A DNA stretch of 64,000 nucleotides from Qipengyuania sp. Its GTDB lineage: Bacteria; Pseudomonadota; Alphaproteobacteria; Sphingomonadales; Sphingomonadaceae. The stretch is taken from contig OZ243959.1 in NCBI GenBank assembly GCA_965214525.1, positions 1,531,013-1,595,012 of the forward strand. Direction: 5' to 3'. Shown one piece after another: positions 48,672 through 58,898 of this stretch. The position numbers and the translations under genes were made by a program. The notes below the pieces were generated by a model that made no database searches, had not been told where the DNA came from, and saw nothing but the letters and a program-made list of their open reading frames with translations. Position 1 is the stretch's first letter; each line of letters begins with the position of its first letter.

Positions 48672-49040
48672 ATGATGAAACGCTGTTTGGTTATCGATGA
48701 TTCTAGGGTCATCCGGAAAGTATCCCGGCACATTCTCGAAACGTTGGGGTTCGACGTTGACGAAGCCGAGAATGGCGCGGAGGGGCTGGAACGCTGCGAC
48801 ACGCGCATGCCCGATGTCATCCTGCTGGATTGGAACATGCCGGTGATGACGGGGATCGAATTCCTCACGAAGCTGCGCAGTCGACCAGACGGTTCCATTC
48901 CCAAGGTGGTGTTCTGCACCACGGAGAACGATGTGGCCCATATCCGGGAGGCCATCAACGCCGGGGCTGACGAATACGTCATGAAGCCGTTCGATCACGA
49001 AACGCTGCAAATCAAGTTGCAACTCGTCGGCATGGCCTGA
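48672..49040 (+). CDS. cheY: Single-domain response regulator
   Basis: VIDDS, LDWNMP, YVMKPF. Confidence 0.9.
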   Translation: MMKRCLVIDDSRVIRKVSRHILETLGFDVDEAENGAEGLERCDTRMPDVILLDWNMPVMTGIEFLTKLRSRPDGSIPKVVFCTTENDVAHIREAINAGADEYVMKPFDHETLQIKLQLVGMA

Positions 49041-49099
49041 AGGGCCTGGGGCGCCGCCCCCCGGCCCAGACCAGAACAGCATAACTTCTTGGAGCGGAT

Positions 49100-50143
49100 A
49101 TGGCCGAGCTGCCCATCCGGGTAATGATCGTAGACGATTCGCTCACCGCCCGCACGGCGTTCGGCAAGATCATCGGTCAAGCCGACGATCTGTCCATCGT
49201 TTCAGAAGCGAGCAGCGCCGAGGCGGCTATCGGCAAACTTCGCCTGATGGCGATCGATGTCATACTCCTCGACCTCGAGATGCCAGGCATGGGCGGCTTG
49301 AAGGCCCTTCCGCACCTGCTGGCGATTAACCCGAAAACGCAGGTCCTCGTCGTATCGTCCCTTACGCAAGACGGGGCAGAGCATTCCCTGGCAGCGCTCG
49401 CGATGGGCGCCGCCGATACCATGTCGAAACCGGCAGCTGGCGGGCTCGATGCGATCTATCGCCGCAACCTGCTCGACCGGATCAGGGCCTTGGGCGGAAA
49501 TCGGCGGAACCAGGCGGCGAAGCGGCCGCCCCGCCTGGTTCCGGTCAAGAACGACAAACCGTCGCACGCGATCGCGATCGGCGCTTCGACCGGTGGCATT
49601 CATGCGCTGGTAGCCTTCTTTCAGGCGCTTCCTGCAGAGTTCCCCTTGCCAATGCTCATTACCCAGCACCTGCCAGCAAACTTCATGGAAGTATTCGCAA
49701 GGCAGATGCAGACCGCTTCCGGTCGCAAAACCCGGATGGCCGAAGAAGGATTACCGCTGCGCGAACGCGAGATCGTCATTGCGCCGGGTCAAAGCAATCT
49801 GGTCGTACGAAAGTCCGGCCAGGGATTGGTCGCCGGACTGAGCAATGCGCCATCGATTAGCGGTTGTTCGCCATCGGTCGATCCCATGTTCGAAAGTCTC
49901 GCTGACGCAACGGACGGGCATGCGACCGGCATCGTGTTATCCGGCATGGGCCGAGACGGAGCGTTCGGTGCGCAAACGCTGTTCAATGCGGGCGGAACGC
50001 TTCTGGCGCAGGATGCGCACAGTTCTGCGGTCTGGGGAATGCCCCGCGCGGTTGCCGATGCCGGTCTGGCAAGCGCCGTCCTGCCGCCGGACAAGCTCGC
50101 CCAGTTCGTGGCAGCGCGCACTAGGATACCGTCGTGGAGGTGA
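49100..50143 (+). CDS. cheB: Chemotaxis methylesterase
   Basis: REC domain plus GASTGG, TQHLP, SGMGRDG, VWGMP. Confidence 0.93.
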   Translation: MAELPIRVMIVDDSLTARTAFGKIIGQADDLSIVSEASSAEAAIGKLRLMAIDVILLDLEMPGMGGLKALPHLLAINPKTQVLVVSSLTQDGAEHSLAALAMGAADTMSKPAAGGLDAIYRRNLLDRIRALGGNRRNQAAKRPPRLVPVKNDKPSHAIAIGASTGGIHALVAFFQALPAEFPLPMLITQHLPANFMEVFARQMQTASGRKTRMAEEGLPLREREIVIAPGQSNLVVRKSGQGLVAGLSNAPSISGCSPSVDPMFESLADATDGHATGIVLSGMGRDGAFGAQTLFNAGGTLLAQDAHSSAVWGMPRAVADAGLASAVLPPDKLAQFVAARTRIPSWR

Positions 50144-51048
50144 ACAGCGCTTCGGAACGGATCATCTGCGACCTGCTCAAGCAGCGGACGGGGCAGCACA
50201 TTTCCCCGTCGCGGCGCTGGCGCATAACCTCCGCCCTGAGCGCGCTGTACCGCGAACATGGCATCGATAACCTGGATCAGCTTGCCTGTCTGCTGACCAT
50301 GCCGGGCAAAGACGGTTTGTCCCAGCAGGTAGTGGAGGCGTTGCTGAACAACGAGACCTATTTCTTCCGCGATCTGCCATACTTCACCGCTTTGGTAGAC
50401 AACGTCCTGCCGCAAGTTCGCCGTGATCGCGCCAACCAACGCCGGCTGCGGATATGGTCGGCCGGATGTTCGACCGGTCAAGAGGCGCTGTCGCTTGCCA
50501 TGCTGTTTCTGGAAGAACCCCAGAAGTGGACTGGCTGGTCGATCGATATCGTAGGCACGGATATCTCTTCCCAGGTTATCGCTACGGCGCAGGCCGGACG
50601 ATACAACCAGTTCGAAATTCAACGGGGCATCGGCGTTCATCAAATGCTCCGCTATTTCGACGAAACCCCAGATGGCTGGCAAGCGAAGGATTGCCTTCGC
50701 AAGATGGTTGATTTTCGCGTTGCCAGCATTTTCGACAAGCCGCCTGCACAAGCCCCGTTCGACATCGTGCTATGCCGAAACGTGATGCTGTATTTCACAA
50801 AGGACGTTCGGCGGCAGGCATTTGCGCATCTGGCCGAGGGGCTAGCGATGGGCGGATGGCTCATCCTGGGCGCGGGCGAAGGTATGGCCGAGGAGGCAAA
50901 CGGGTTTTCCGCTGCCCAATTCAATCTGGGATTTTTCCGCCATGAGGGCCCATCGCCCTGCGCGCACGACAAAGGGGTTTCCCGCAGGCCACCCCTACCG
51001 CACGATGCGCGAACTCCGCGGTCGATCGGCGATTCCCGTAAGGCGTAA
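50134..51048 (+). CDS. cheR: Chemotaxis methyltransferase
   Basis: NETYFFRD, IWSAGCSTGQE, CRNVMLYF. Confidence 0.94.
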   Translation: MEVNSASERIICDLLKQRTGQHISPSRRWRITSALSALYREHGIDNLDQLACLLTMPGKDGLSQQVVEALLNNETYFFRDLPYFTALVDNVLPQVRRDRANQRRLRIWSAGCSTGQEALSLAMLFLEEPQKWTGWSIDIVGTDISSQVIATAQAGRYNQFEIQRGIGVHQMLRYFDETPDGWQAKDCLRKMVDFRVASIFDKPPAQAPFDIVLCRNVMLYFTKDVRRQAFAHLAEGLAMGGWLILGAGEGMAEEANGFSAAQFNLGFFRHEGPSPCAHDKGVSRRPPLPHDARTPRSIGDSRKA

Positions 51049-51102
51049 ATGCCAACGTAACCAAATCTTAGTGTCATTCAACGTAGTAACTGCACGGAAC
51101 GG

Positions 51103-52671
51103 ATGGATACGTCTTTCCCCGGGGAGTTGTCTGCTTTGGTCACATACGAAAAACTCGACAGGCTTGCTCCCAGGGTCGTGGTTCTGGTGCCGCAATGCTT
51201 GTTGACAGCGATCTTCGCAGCCGGCCTGTGGCTGCTCGTAGGGTTGCCCCATCTCGATAGTACGGAACGATCGACGCTGCTCATCCTGACGGGGGCAGCG
51301 TATCTCGTAGCCGTGGGGACAATCACGCACGCTGGCTTCGCCAAGCTGGAGCGGATGGAGCGCCTGACCGCGACGGACAGCTTGACTGGCCTTGGCAACC
51401 GGCGGGCGCTGCATAACCGCTTTGCCAACACGGGGTCTCTCGATGAAGAGGCGGCGCTGGCCATGATCGACCTCGACGGGTTCAAGCCGATCAACGACCA
51501 TTACAGTCACATCGTCGGCGACCAGGTCATCAAGGCATGTGCCGATATTCTGCAGGAGGTATGTCGCAAGGAAGCGACGTGCTACCGTTTGGGTGGCGAT
51601 GAATTCGCGATCGCCATGATCGGACCATTGGCAGGCAACATCATCGAAGGGATGTCGCGCGCCATCATCGATCGATTGGCACTGCCCATCATCGTCGACG
51701 ATCGCCGCCTCAGCCTGGGCGCGAGCATCGGATTGACCCGCGTTAACAAAGGCAACTCGATCTCTTCGTCCGAGATGCTACGCCAGGCCGATATCGCTTT
51801 ATACGCATCGAAGCGCGGCGGCAGCATGCGATGCACCTGGTTCAACGCCGAATTCGACCGCAATCGCGAAGCCTTGCGCCTGATGGACGATGAACTCCGC
51901 GTGGCGTTGATGCAGGGCGACTTCGCCTTACACTACCAGCCACTCGTCGATGCCCAATCGAAACAGATCGTAGCGGTCGAATCGCTGTTGCGCTGGAACC
52001 GAAGGGACGGACCCCGGGTGGGCCCGGATGTGTTCATACCCGTTGCGGAAAGTTCCGGTTTTATCAACGCGATCGGTCTGTGGGTGTTGCGCCAGGCTTG
52101 TACCGATGCCTTGCAATGGCCCGACATCAAACTGTCGGTCAATATTTCCGCCGCGCAATTGCGCAATGCGGAGTTTCCCGTACAGCTTGGGCAGATCCTG
52201 GAAGAGACGGGCTTCCCGCCGGAACGCCTCGAACTGGAAATCACCGAAACCTGCCTGGTCCTCGATCCGCAGATCGCGGAACGCAGCCTCGATCTGGTGC
52301 GCGGGTTCGGGGTCAACGTGGCGCTCGATGATTTCGGTACAGGCTATGCTTCAATAGGCTTCCTGCGCCAGTTTCGGTTCGAGAAACTCAAACTAGACCG
52401 CTCTCTCGTCACGCAGGCAGAAGATGATCCCGCATCGCTCGCCATGATGCTGTCGAGCATAACCGTGGCGCGGGCCATGGACATGGATGTCACCGCGGAA
52501 GGTGTCGAAACCGAAGAGCAGGCGGCAATGGTCCGCGCGGCAGGGTGCGACCAGATCCAGGGTTGGCTCTACTACAAGGCCATGCCGGCGGATGAAATTC
52601 CGCAATTCCTGCATAAAGACCCGCGAGATGATGTCGGACCAACTTTGAACGAAGATCGGAAAATCGCATGA
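51103..52671 (+). CDS. Membrane GGDEF-EAL protein
   Basis: 2 [36 protein letters not shown]. Confidence 0.92.
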   Translation: MDTSFPGELSALVTYEKLDRLAPRVVVLVPQCLLTAIFAAGLWLLVGLPHLDSTERSTLLILTGAAYLVAVGTITHAGFAKLERMERLTATDSLTGLGNRRALHNRFANTGSLDEEAALAMIDLDGFKPINDHYSHIVGDQVIKACADILQEVCRKEATCYRLGGDEFAIAMIGPLAGNIIEGMSRAIIDRLALPIIVDDRRLSLGASIGLTRVNKGNSISSSEMLRQADIALYASKRGGSMRCTWFNAEFDRNREALRLMDDELRVALMQGDFALHYQPLVDAQSKQIVAVESLLRWNRRDGPRVGPDVFIPVAESSGFINAIGLWVLRQACTDALQWPDIKLSVNISAAQLRNAEFPVQLGQILEETGFPPERLELEITETCLVLDPQIAERSLDLVRGFGVNVALDDFGTGYASIGFLRQFRFEKLKLDRSLVTQAEDDPASLAMMLSSITVARAMDMDVTAEGVETEEQAAMVRAAGCDQIQGWLYYKAMPADEIPQFLHKDPRDDVGPTLNEDRKIA

Positions 52672-54026
52672 CGTCCATGGACATTCCTGCCGCAAACCCT
52701 GCGTTTACCGGCAGCGTGGTTGCGCGGCACCATCCGGCGTCGACCCGGCAAGGCGTCGACAAGTGGTTCTCCGAACTAACTTCGGACCGAAAGATCGCCG
52801 CGACCTTCGTCGTCCCGGTGGCATTGCTGCTCACGCTTACCGTTCTTGGTCTCATTGCGGTAAGCCTTGGCAAGGAGGCTGTGGCAAACCCGGCGTCGGA
52901 CGTAAGCAGCGCTTTCAATTACGTGCTTACCGGGCTGGCGATAGCAGGAGCATGCACCCTGACCTATCTCATCATGGCCCTTCGCCTCATCCGGATCGAC
53001 ATCGTGGGCACGACCGAGTCGCTTGTCGAACGGATGAACGGGGCCACGCAGGGCGATTACACTTCGGCAATCCCGCATATCGATCGCATTGATCAATACG
53101 GGGATATCGCTCGCGCGCTCCAGTCGATGATGGCCGAGGCAACCAGCAGCCGTGAGACGATCATCACCGAAAGCCGCTTGCGTCGCGAAAGCATCGCTGC
53201 GCTCAGCACCCAGTTCGAACAATCCGTTGGCGATGTCGTCGGCACGGTCGCCAGCGCAGCGACGCAGTTGAACGGCACAGCCGGAAGCCTGGCCACAGCC
53301 ACGCAGCAGACCAAGGCGCAAACCGAACTGGTCGCCAGTTCCGTAGATGAAGCGGCCAAGGGCACCACGGCGGCCGCCGCTGCCAGCGACGAATTTGCCA
53401 TGTCGATTGGCGAGATCAGCCAGCAGGCATCGGTATCGGCACAATTGGCACGAGCCGCTTGCGATTCAGTCGAGGATGCCGACGCCAAGATCTCGCACCT
53501 CATCGGCGCAGCGACGGAGATCGAACAAGTCGTTGAACTCATCCAGTCGATTGCGAAACGTACGAACTTGCTCGCGCTCAATGCGTCGATCGAAGCCGCA
53601 CGGGGTGGTGAAGCGGGCAAGGGTTTCGCGGTGGTCGCTTCGGAGGTGAAGGATCTGGCTACGCAAACCAGCAAGGCAACGAGCAAGGTCGTTGCGCAGA
53701 TCGCCGAAATGCAGAGCAGCACGACCTCCAGCGTCGGTGCGCTCCGCGCGATTGGAGACCAGGTGCGGCAACTTGAAACGACTGCCGTCTCCATCGCATC
53801 GGCGGTGGATCAGCAATCGGTCGCCGGGCAGGACCTGGCGCGCAGCATCGACCTCGCTGCCCGCAGCGTCAACGACGTCTCCGCCACGATCTTCCAGGTG
53901 CAGGAAGCCACCCGCGAAAGCGAGGCATCGGCCGGACAGGTGTTGCAATCGGCAGCCGAACTCGAGCGTCAGTCGAGCGCTCTGCGCCAGCAGGCCGATA
54001 GCTTCATCCGGCAGGTCCGCCGATAG
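52668..54026 (+). CDS. Methyl-accepting chemotaxis protein
   Basis: 2 [36 protein letters not shown]. Confidence 0.94.
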   Translation: MTSMDIPAANPAFTGSVVARHHPASTRQGVDKWFSELTSDRKIAATFVVPVALLLTLTVLGLIAVSLGKEAVANPASDVSSAFNYVLTGLAIAGACTLTYLIMALRLIRIDIVGTTESLVERMNGATQGDYTSAIPHIDRIDQYGDIARALQSMMAEATSSRETIITESRLRRESIAALSTQFEQSVGDVVGTVASAATQLNGTAGSLATATQQTKAQTELVASSVDEAAKGTTAAAAASDEFAMSIGEISQQASVSAQLARAACDSVEDADAKISHLIGAATEIEQVVELIQSIAKRTNLLALNASIEAARGGEAGKGFAVVASEVKDLATQTSKATSKVVAQIAEMQSSTTSSVGALRAIGDQVRQLETTAVSIASAVDQQSVAGQDLARSIDLAARSVNDVSATIFQVQEATRESEASAGQVLQSAAELERQSSALRQQADSFIRQVRR

Positions 54027-54148
54027 GTCGCATGGCCGATCCGATAGCGCGGCAAATTCGTGGTCGGGCGTTCACGATCGGGTAGCGCGGGCTAAAGCTT
54101 TGTGGCACGCCTGCCCGCGTTGCGATCGAGCAGGAGACCCTTGGGCAT

Positions 54149-54601
54149 ATGCCTGGACGTAGTTTTGAAAAATGGGCGGTCGGCGATACGCTGAGCCATC
54201 AGCCGAGCCGGACGGTTACCGAAACGGACAATCTGCTGTTTTCCACCCTGACCCATAACGTCCAGCCCCTGCACCTCGATGCCGAAGCGGCCAAGGCCAG
54301 CGAGTTTGGCCGCATTCTAGTCAATTCGACATTCACCTTCTCGCTCGCCATCGGATTGTCAGTTGCAGATACTACGCTTGGCACGTTGATCGGTAATTTG
54401 GGTTTCACCGATATCGAGACGCCGCATCCGGTATTCCTGGGCGATACCCTCACCTGCCATAGCGAAGTCACGGAAACGCGGGCCTCGCGCTCGCGTCCGG
54501 GTTGCGGCATCGTGACCTTTCGCCATCGCATGACCAATCAGCGGGATGAAACGGTTCTCACCTGCGTGCGCAAGGCGCTGCTGCGGGGCGAGGCGGAGTG
54601 A
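54149..54601 (+). CDS. MaoC family dehydratase
   Basis: RTVTETDN...HNVQPLHLD...FGRILVNS. Confidence 0.9.
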   Translation: MPGRSFEKWAVGDTLSHQPSRTVTETDNLLFSTLTHNVQPLHLDAEAAKASEFGRILVNSTFTFSLAIGLSVADTTLGTLIGNLGFTDIETPHPVFLGDTLTCHSEVTETRASRSRPGCGIVTFRHRMTNQRDETVLTCVRKALLRGEAE

Positions 54602-55452
54602 GGTTGCGCTCGATCCTGTTCGTTCCGGGCGATCGACCCGAACGGGTGGCCAAAGCGGCGGCGAGCGGTGCTGATGCCATCATCTGCGACCTGGAAGATT
54701 CGGTGGCCCCCACAGCCAAAGCCGGCGCCCGCGATGCAATTGCCGCGATTCTGGAAGCCCCGCCTGCCGGCACGCCCATCTTCGTGCGGGTGAACCCGGT
54801 CGATACGCAGGCCTGTGCCGTCGACCTGCCCGTCGCCGCCAAGGCTCATGCAATCGTTCTACCAAAGGCAGAGGGCGCCAACTCGATCCGCGCGCTCGAT
54901 GCGATGCGCCCTGTCTTGCCGCCCATACTCCCGATCGCCACCGAAACGCCGGGTGGCATCTTCGAACTGGGCTCGTTCCGCGAGGTGGCCGACCGACTGA
55001 TCGGCTTGAGTTGGGGAGCAGAAGACCTCCCGGCAGCCATTGGCGCAAGCGCCAGCAGGAACGCAGACGGCGACTATCTGGCACCCTATGAGCTTGCCCG
55101 GTCGTTGACGCTTTTCGCCGCCCATGCCGCCGGTGTCCACGCGATCGACACGGTGTATCCCGCCATTCGCGACCTGGACGGATTGACAGCCTACGCCCAG
55201 CGAGCCGCCAGAGACGGTTTTACCGGCATGCTGGCGGTCCATCCGGACCAGATTGAGCCGATCAACGCCGCGTTCACGCCGAGCGCGGCGGAACTGGACC
55301 ACGCCCGCGCCATCATCGCCGCGTTTGCCAGCAATCCGGGCGCCGGAGTGATGATGTTCGAGGGCAAGATGATCGACGCGCCCCATCTGCACCAGGCGCG
55401 CAAGGTCGTCGCGCGCGCGGACGAGCAGGCCAGAGGGATCGAGCCTCGCTAG
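54598..55452 (+). CDS. CitE/HpcH family CoA ester lyase
   Basis: RSILFVPG, DLEDSV, WGAEDL, HPDQI, GKMIDAP. Confidence 0.9.
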   Translation: MRLRSILFVPGDRPERVAKAAASGADAIICDLEDSVAPTAKAGARDAIAAILEAPPAGTPIFVRVNPVDTQACAVDLPVAAKAHAIVLPKAEGANSIRALDAMRPVLPPILPIATETPGGIFELGSFREVADRLIGLSWGAEDLPAAIGASASRNADGDYLAPYELARSLTLFAAHAAGVHAIDTVYPAIRDLDGLTAYAQRAARDGFTGMLAVHPDQIEPINAAFTPSAAELDHARAIIAAFASNPGAGVMMFEGKMIDAPHLHQARKVVARADEQARGIEPR

Positions 55453-56219
55453 GGAACCGGAACGATCAACGATGGCTGGCCCGGCCGTTCGATCCGTTCA
55501 AAGGCGATACCGTAAACCCGTTCGACGAGTGCTGTATCTTCAAGCACCTCCCGCCCGCCGCTCGCCACCAACGCTCCGCGATCCAGGAGCACGATGCGGT
55601 CGGCAATGCGGTGCGCCAGCGTGAGATCGTGAAGCACCAGCAGAACGCCCTGCCCACCTTGCGCGACCGCCTGCAAGGTCGTCAGCATATCTCGTTGATG
55701 CGCGGGGTCGAGATGGGAGAGCGGTTCGTCGGCGATGATCCACGACGGTTCGCCTGCAAGCGCCCGGGCGAGCAGCACCCGGCTCAACTCACCGCCCGAC
55801 AGCGATCCGGCATCGCGATCGGCAAATTGCGTGGTGTCAGTCGCGTAGAGGGCCCGGGCGACGGCCGCCTCGTCCGCCTGCGACAAGCGCCCGAACCTGC
55901 CTTGCCGTGGCAACCTGCCTAGCGCGACCAGGTCGTAGACCCGTAGATCCCAATGCAGTTCGGGCTTTTGCGGAAGAAATCCGATTTGCCGGGCGATATC
56001 CGCTCGGCTCATGCCGGCAAGCGGTACGTCGTCGATGCAGGCCGTGCCACAGTTACCCTGGCGCAAACCCGACAGGACGCCTAGCAGCGTGGACTTGCCC
56101 GCGCCGTTCGGGCCAAGGATCACGCTGACCTTCCCGGCATGAAATTCGGCATTCACGCCATCGAGTATCGTTTTTCCGTCCAGGCGGACAGTAACGTCTA
56201 TGGCAGTCAGCCTCGTCAC
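55449..56219 (-). CDS. Iron-complex/cobalamin ABC transporter ATPase
   Basis: GPNGAGKST, LSGGE, ADEP, VLHDL. Confidence 0.92.
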   Translation of the reverse strand: MTRLTAIDVTVRLDGKTILDGVNAEFHAGKVSVILGPNGAGKSTLLGVLSGLRQGNCGTACIDDVPLAGMSRADIARQIGFLPQKPELHWDLRVYDLVALGRLPRQGRFGRLSQADEAAVARALYATDTTQFADRDAGSLSGGELSRVLLARALAGEPSWIIADEPLSHLDPAHQRDMLTTLQAVAQGGQGVLLVLHDLTLAHRIADRIVLLDRGALVASGGREVLEDTALVERVYGIAFERIERPGQPSLIVPVP

Positions 56220-57226
56220 GGCATTCCCCGCCGGTATCGCCACAGCAGCCAGAAGAAAAAAGGCGCACCGATCAACGCCATCGCCACGCCCAGTTTGACC
56301 TCGGCGGCACCCGGTGTCAGGCGCACGGCGGTATCGGCCGCCAGCAGCAACACAGCCCCGCCGACCATACTGGGCGGCAACAAAGCCGAAGGCCTCTGCC
56401 CGACAAAGGGTCGTAGCAAATGCGGCACGATGAGGCCGACAAAGCCGACAATCCCTGTGACGGCGACCGACGCGCCGATAGCGAGTCCCAGCCCTGCGGC
56501 AATGATGGCCTGCAACGCGGTGAGGTTCGTTCCCAACGACCGCGCGACATCCTCCCCCAGCGTGAGGGCATCAAGCGCCCGCCCCGTCGTCAACAATAGA
56601 CCCGCGCCCGCGATAAGGAACGGCGCCGCAATCGTCAGTTCGGGATATCCACGGTCGGTCAGCGCGCCAAGCAGCCAGGTAACGATCTCGCTGGTCGCGA
56701 ACGGATTGGGCGCCAGACTGATGAGCAGGGTCGTCATGGCTCCGGCCAGCGTAGACAGGACAGTTCCAGCAAGGATGAACCCCGTGGCGCTGCCGCTGCG
56801 CCCGACGAGCAGGGCCAGCATGGCCACGGAGCCGCCAGCGGCCAGCATGGCGCTGCCACTGACGATCCACAGGCTGGCTCCGAGGCCGAAATAGATGGCG
56901 GCCACCGCGCCGAAAGCCGCGCTCGCCGAGACGCCGATGATGCTGGGATCGGCAAGGGGATTGCGCAGATACCCTTGCAGGACCGCTCCTGCCAATCCCA
57001 GTATTGCGCCGATCATCACGGCCAGGATGGAGCGGGGCAACCGCAATTCCATCACGATCCACCACCGGTCATCGGCGGTGCCGATCGCTTCCAATGGAAC
57101 CCAGACCTTGCCGGCCATCAACGAGACGAGGAAGATGAGCGCAAGACTTGTGAGGAGTATCGCGTACAGGGCCGGCATCGATGCCGGCGGGCCTCCGGCG
57201 CGCGGGCGTTCGATCATCGTACGCAT
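56216..57226 (-). CDS. FecCD/BtuC family permease
   Basis: LRLPR, RNPLADP, GFVGLIVPH, GAPFF. Confidence 0.92.
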   Translation of the reverse strand: MRTMIERPRAGGPPASMPALYAILLTSLALIFLVSLMAGKVWVPLEAIGTADDRWWIVMELRLPRSILAVMIGAILGLAGAVLQGYLRNPLADPSIIGVSASAAFGAVAAIYFGLGASLWIVSGSAMLAAGGSVAMLALLVGRSGSATGFILAGTVLSTLAGAMTTLLISLAPNPFATSEIVTWLLGALTDRGYPELTIAAPFLIAGAGLLLTTGRALDALTLGEDVARSLGTNLTALQAIIAAGLGLAIGASVAVTGIVGFVGLIVPHLLRPFVGQRPSALLPPSMVGGAVLLLAADTAVRLTPGAAEVKLGVAMALIGAPFFFWLLWRYRRGMP

Positions 57227-57242
57227 GGGTAGCGCTCGCCGC

Positions 57243-58103
57243 TCAATCGTTGACAGCGCGATACGCGCCGGCAATCGCTTGCAATCGCCTGCTCGCGGCG
57301 ATCAGATTGGGCCCAGCGCAATAAAGCAGTTCCTGTCCGAATGGCTCGACCGCGCTGATCTGCGTCAGCCGCCTTGCGCCCGCACCCAGGCCGCCGCCGC
57401 CTTGCGCTGCGGAAGCCAAGGCGTCGCTGAGGATGATCTCGGGGGGGTCCGCGATCAGCCGTTCCATCGGCAGCATGTCCCAGGCGCTCAGCCCGTAGCT
57501 GCGGCTGCGATTGACGAAGCCCGAACGTGCCAGCAACTCGTCCATCAGCGTGCCTTCTCCCGGCACCAGGCCGCCCTGCCAGACGATCGCCGAAACGGGC
57601 GCAGATGCTGTCGACCCGGAAGTATCGATGGCGCTGACGATCCGCTTGGCGAGCAGGCGACCCCGAGCGGGATGGCCGCTCGCATTGGCGACAGCGGCGA
57701 CCTGATCCAGGCTTTGCTCGATCGTGGTCGGCACACCGATCTCGGCTGTGCGCACCCCGGCGCGGTGGATTGCCGCCACGGTGGGGCGAGCGACATGCGG
57801 ACCGATGAAGACCAGATCGGGGCGCACCGCGATGACCTCTTCGGCCGTGCCGTAATTCGCCGGGAAGCGTCGAGCCCACGCCGCGCTTGCCGATGCAGCG
57901 TCTGGATCGTGGGACAGGTGGCTGACGGAAACGATCTGCGCCGGATCGGCCACATGCTCGAGGATCGCATCGATGCACGGGTTCATCGACATGATGGAGG
58001 GCGGGTTGGCGTAGGCAACCGGTTGGTCGACCGGGGCATCCTGCGTGCAACCACCGCTCGCTGTCACACCAAGGAGCAGTACGAGATAAGACAAGCGAAA
58101 CAT
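57243..58103 (-). CDS. ABC substrate-binding lipoprotein (BtuF-like)
   Basis: Lipoprotein signal, SMNPCID, AEEVIAVRPDLV, LYCAGP. Confidence 0.85.
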   Translation of the reverse strand: MFRLSYLVLLLGVTASGGCTQDAPVDQPVAYANPPSIMSMNPCIDAILEHVADPAQIVSVSHLSHDPDAASASAAWARRFPANYGTAEEVIAVRPDLVFIGPHVARPTVAAIHRAGVRTAEIGVPTTIEQSLDQVAAVANASGHPARGRLLAKRIVSAIDTSGSTASAPVSAIVWQGGLVPGEGTLMDELLARSGFVNRSRSYGLSAWDMLPMERLIADPPEIILSDALASAAQGGGGLGAGARRLTQISAVEPFGQELLYCAGPNLIAASRRLQAIAGAYRAVND

Positions 58104-58169
58104 TACCTCTGCGCCTTAACCATCAGGCGGATTTGCGAAAGCCCTTCCCGCGATTTCGGCAAGGCTTAA

Positions 58170-58898
58170 TCACTCCGCGTCCAACATCTTGCGCAATCCC
58201 GCCAGCGCCGCGGCTTTCAACTGATGAACGCGCGGCACGGATACGCCAAGCACCTGCCCGATCTCCGACAGGTTGAGCTCTTCCAGGAAATACAATTGCA
58301 CGATCAGTTGCTGGCGTTCAGGCAGAGCGGCGATGGCGGCGGCCAGTTGCGCCTGGCTTTCCACGGCGATCAACAGGCTTTCGGCACCCGGATCGTCTCC
58401 GGCGAAAACGAGCGTTTGGTCATCGTAGCAGGTGTCCAGCGGCTCGTGGCGGATCGGCTGGACATGCGCGCGCATGCGGCGCAATTGCTCGTCGTTGCAG
58501 CCAAGCTGGCGGCACATATCGGCGTCACTGTGCGCGTCAACCCCGGTGGAAGCGGCAAGCGCCGCAGCGGCCTCATCGAGGCGCTTCTGGTTCGCCCGTG
58601 CGGTGCGGCGGTCGGCTTGCGCCTGGCGCGCGGCGTCGATCATCGCGCCGCGCACGCGAAGCTTCACATACGCCGGAAACCCGTCGCGGGTGGGCCGGTC
58701 GTGGCGCCGGCTGCATTCCAGCAGCGCGATCAGACCGATCTGCAGAAGATCGTCCACGTCTAAAAACGGCGCCGTCGTCCCGGCCATTTGCCACGCTAGC
58801 TTCTGTACCAACGGACGAAACTGAGCGACGGTATGGCTTTCGGTGGCGTGATAGGCGGAGACTGCGCTGTGGCGGCTGAAATCATGCATCATGTTCAT
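58170..58898 (-). CDS. fliA: Flagellar sigma-28 factor
   Basis: DDLLQIGLIAL, RVRGAMID, EELNLSEIGQVLGVSVPRVHQL; ATG overlaps flhA stop. Confidence 0.88.
   Translation of the reverse strand: MNMMHDFSRHSAVSAYHATESHTVAQFRPLVQKLAWQMAGTTAPFLDVDDLLQIGLIALLECSRRHDRPTRDGFPAYVKLRVRGAMIDAARQAQADRRTARANQKRLDEAAAALAASTGVDAHSDADMCRQLGCNDEQLRRMRAHVQPIRHEPLDTCYDDQTLVFAGDDPGAESLLIAVESQAQLAAAIAALPERQQLIVQLYFLEELNLSEIGQVLGVSVPRVHQLKAAALAGLRKMLDAE

Noticed and set aside
54091-54125. Sigma54 promoter before maoC (TGGCACG)
   Set aside because: No TTGC at the required -12 spacing
56895-58169. 424-aa plus-strand ORF
   Set aside because: Antisense to ABC transporter genes
58104-58169. Cobalamin riboswitch upstream of BtuF-like gene
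   Set aside because: Intergenic region too short and no B12-box elements seen
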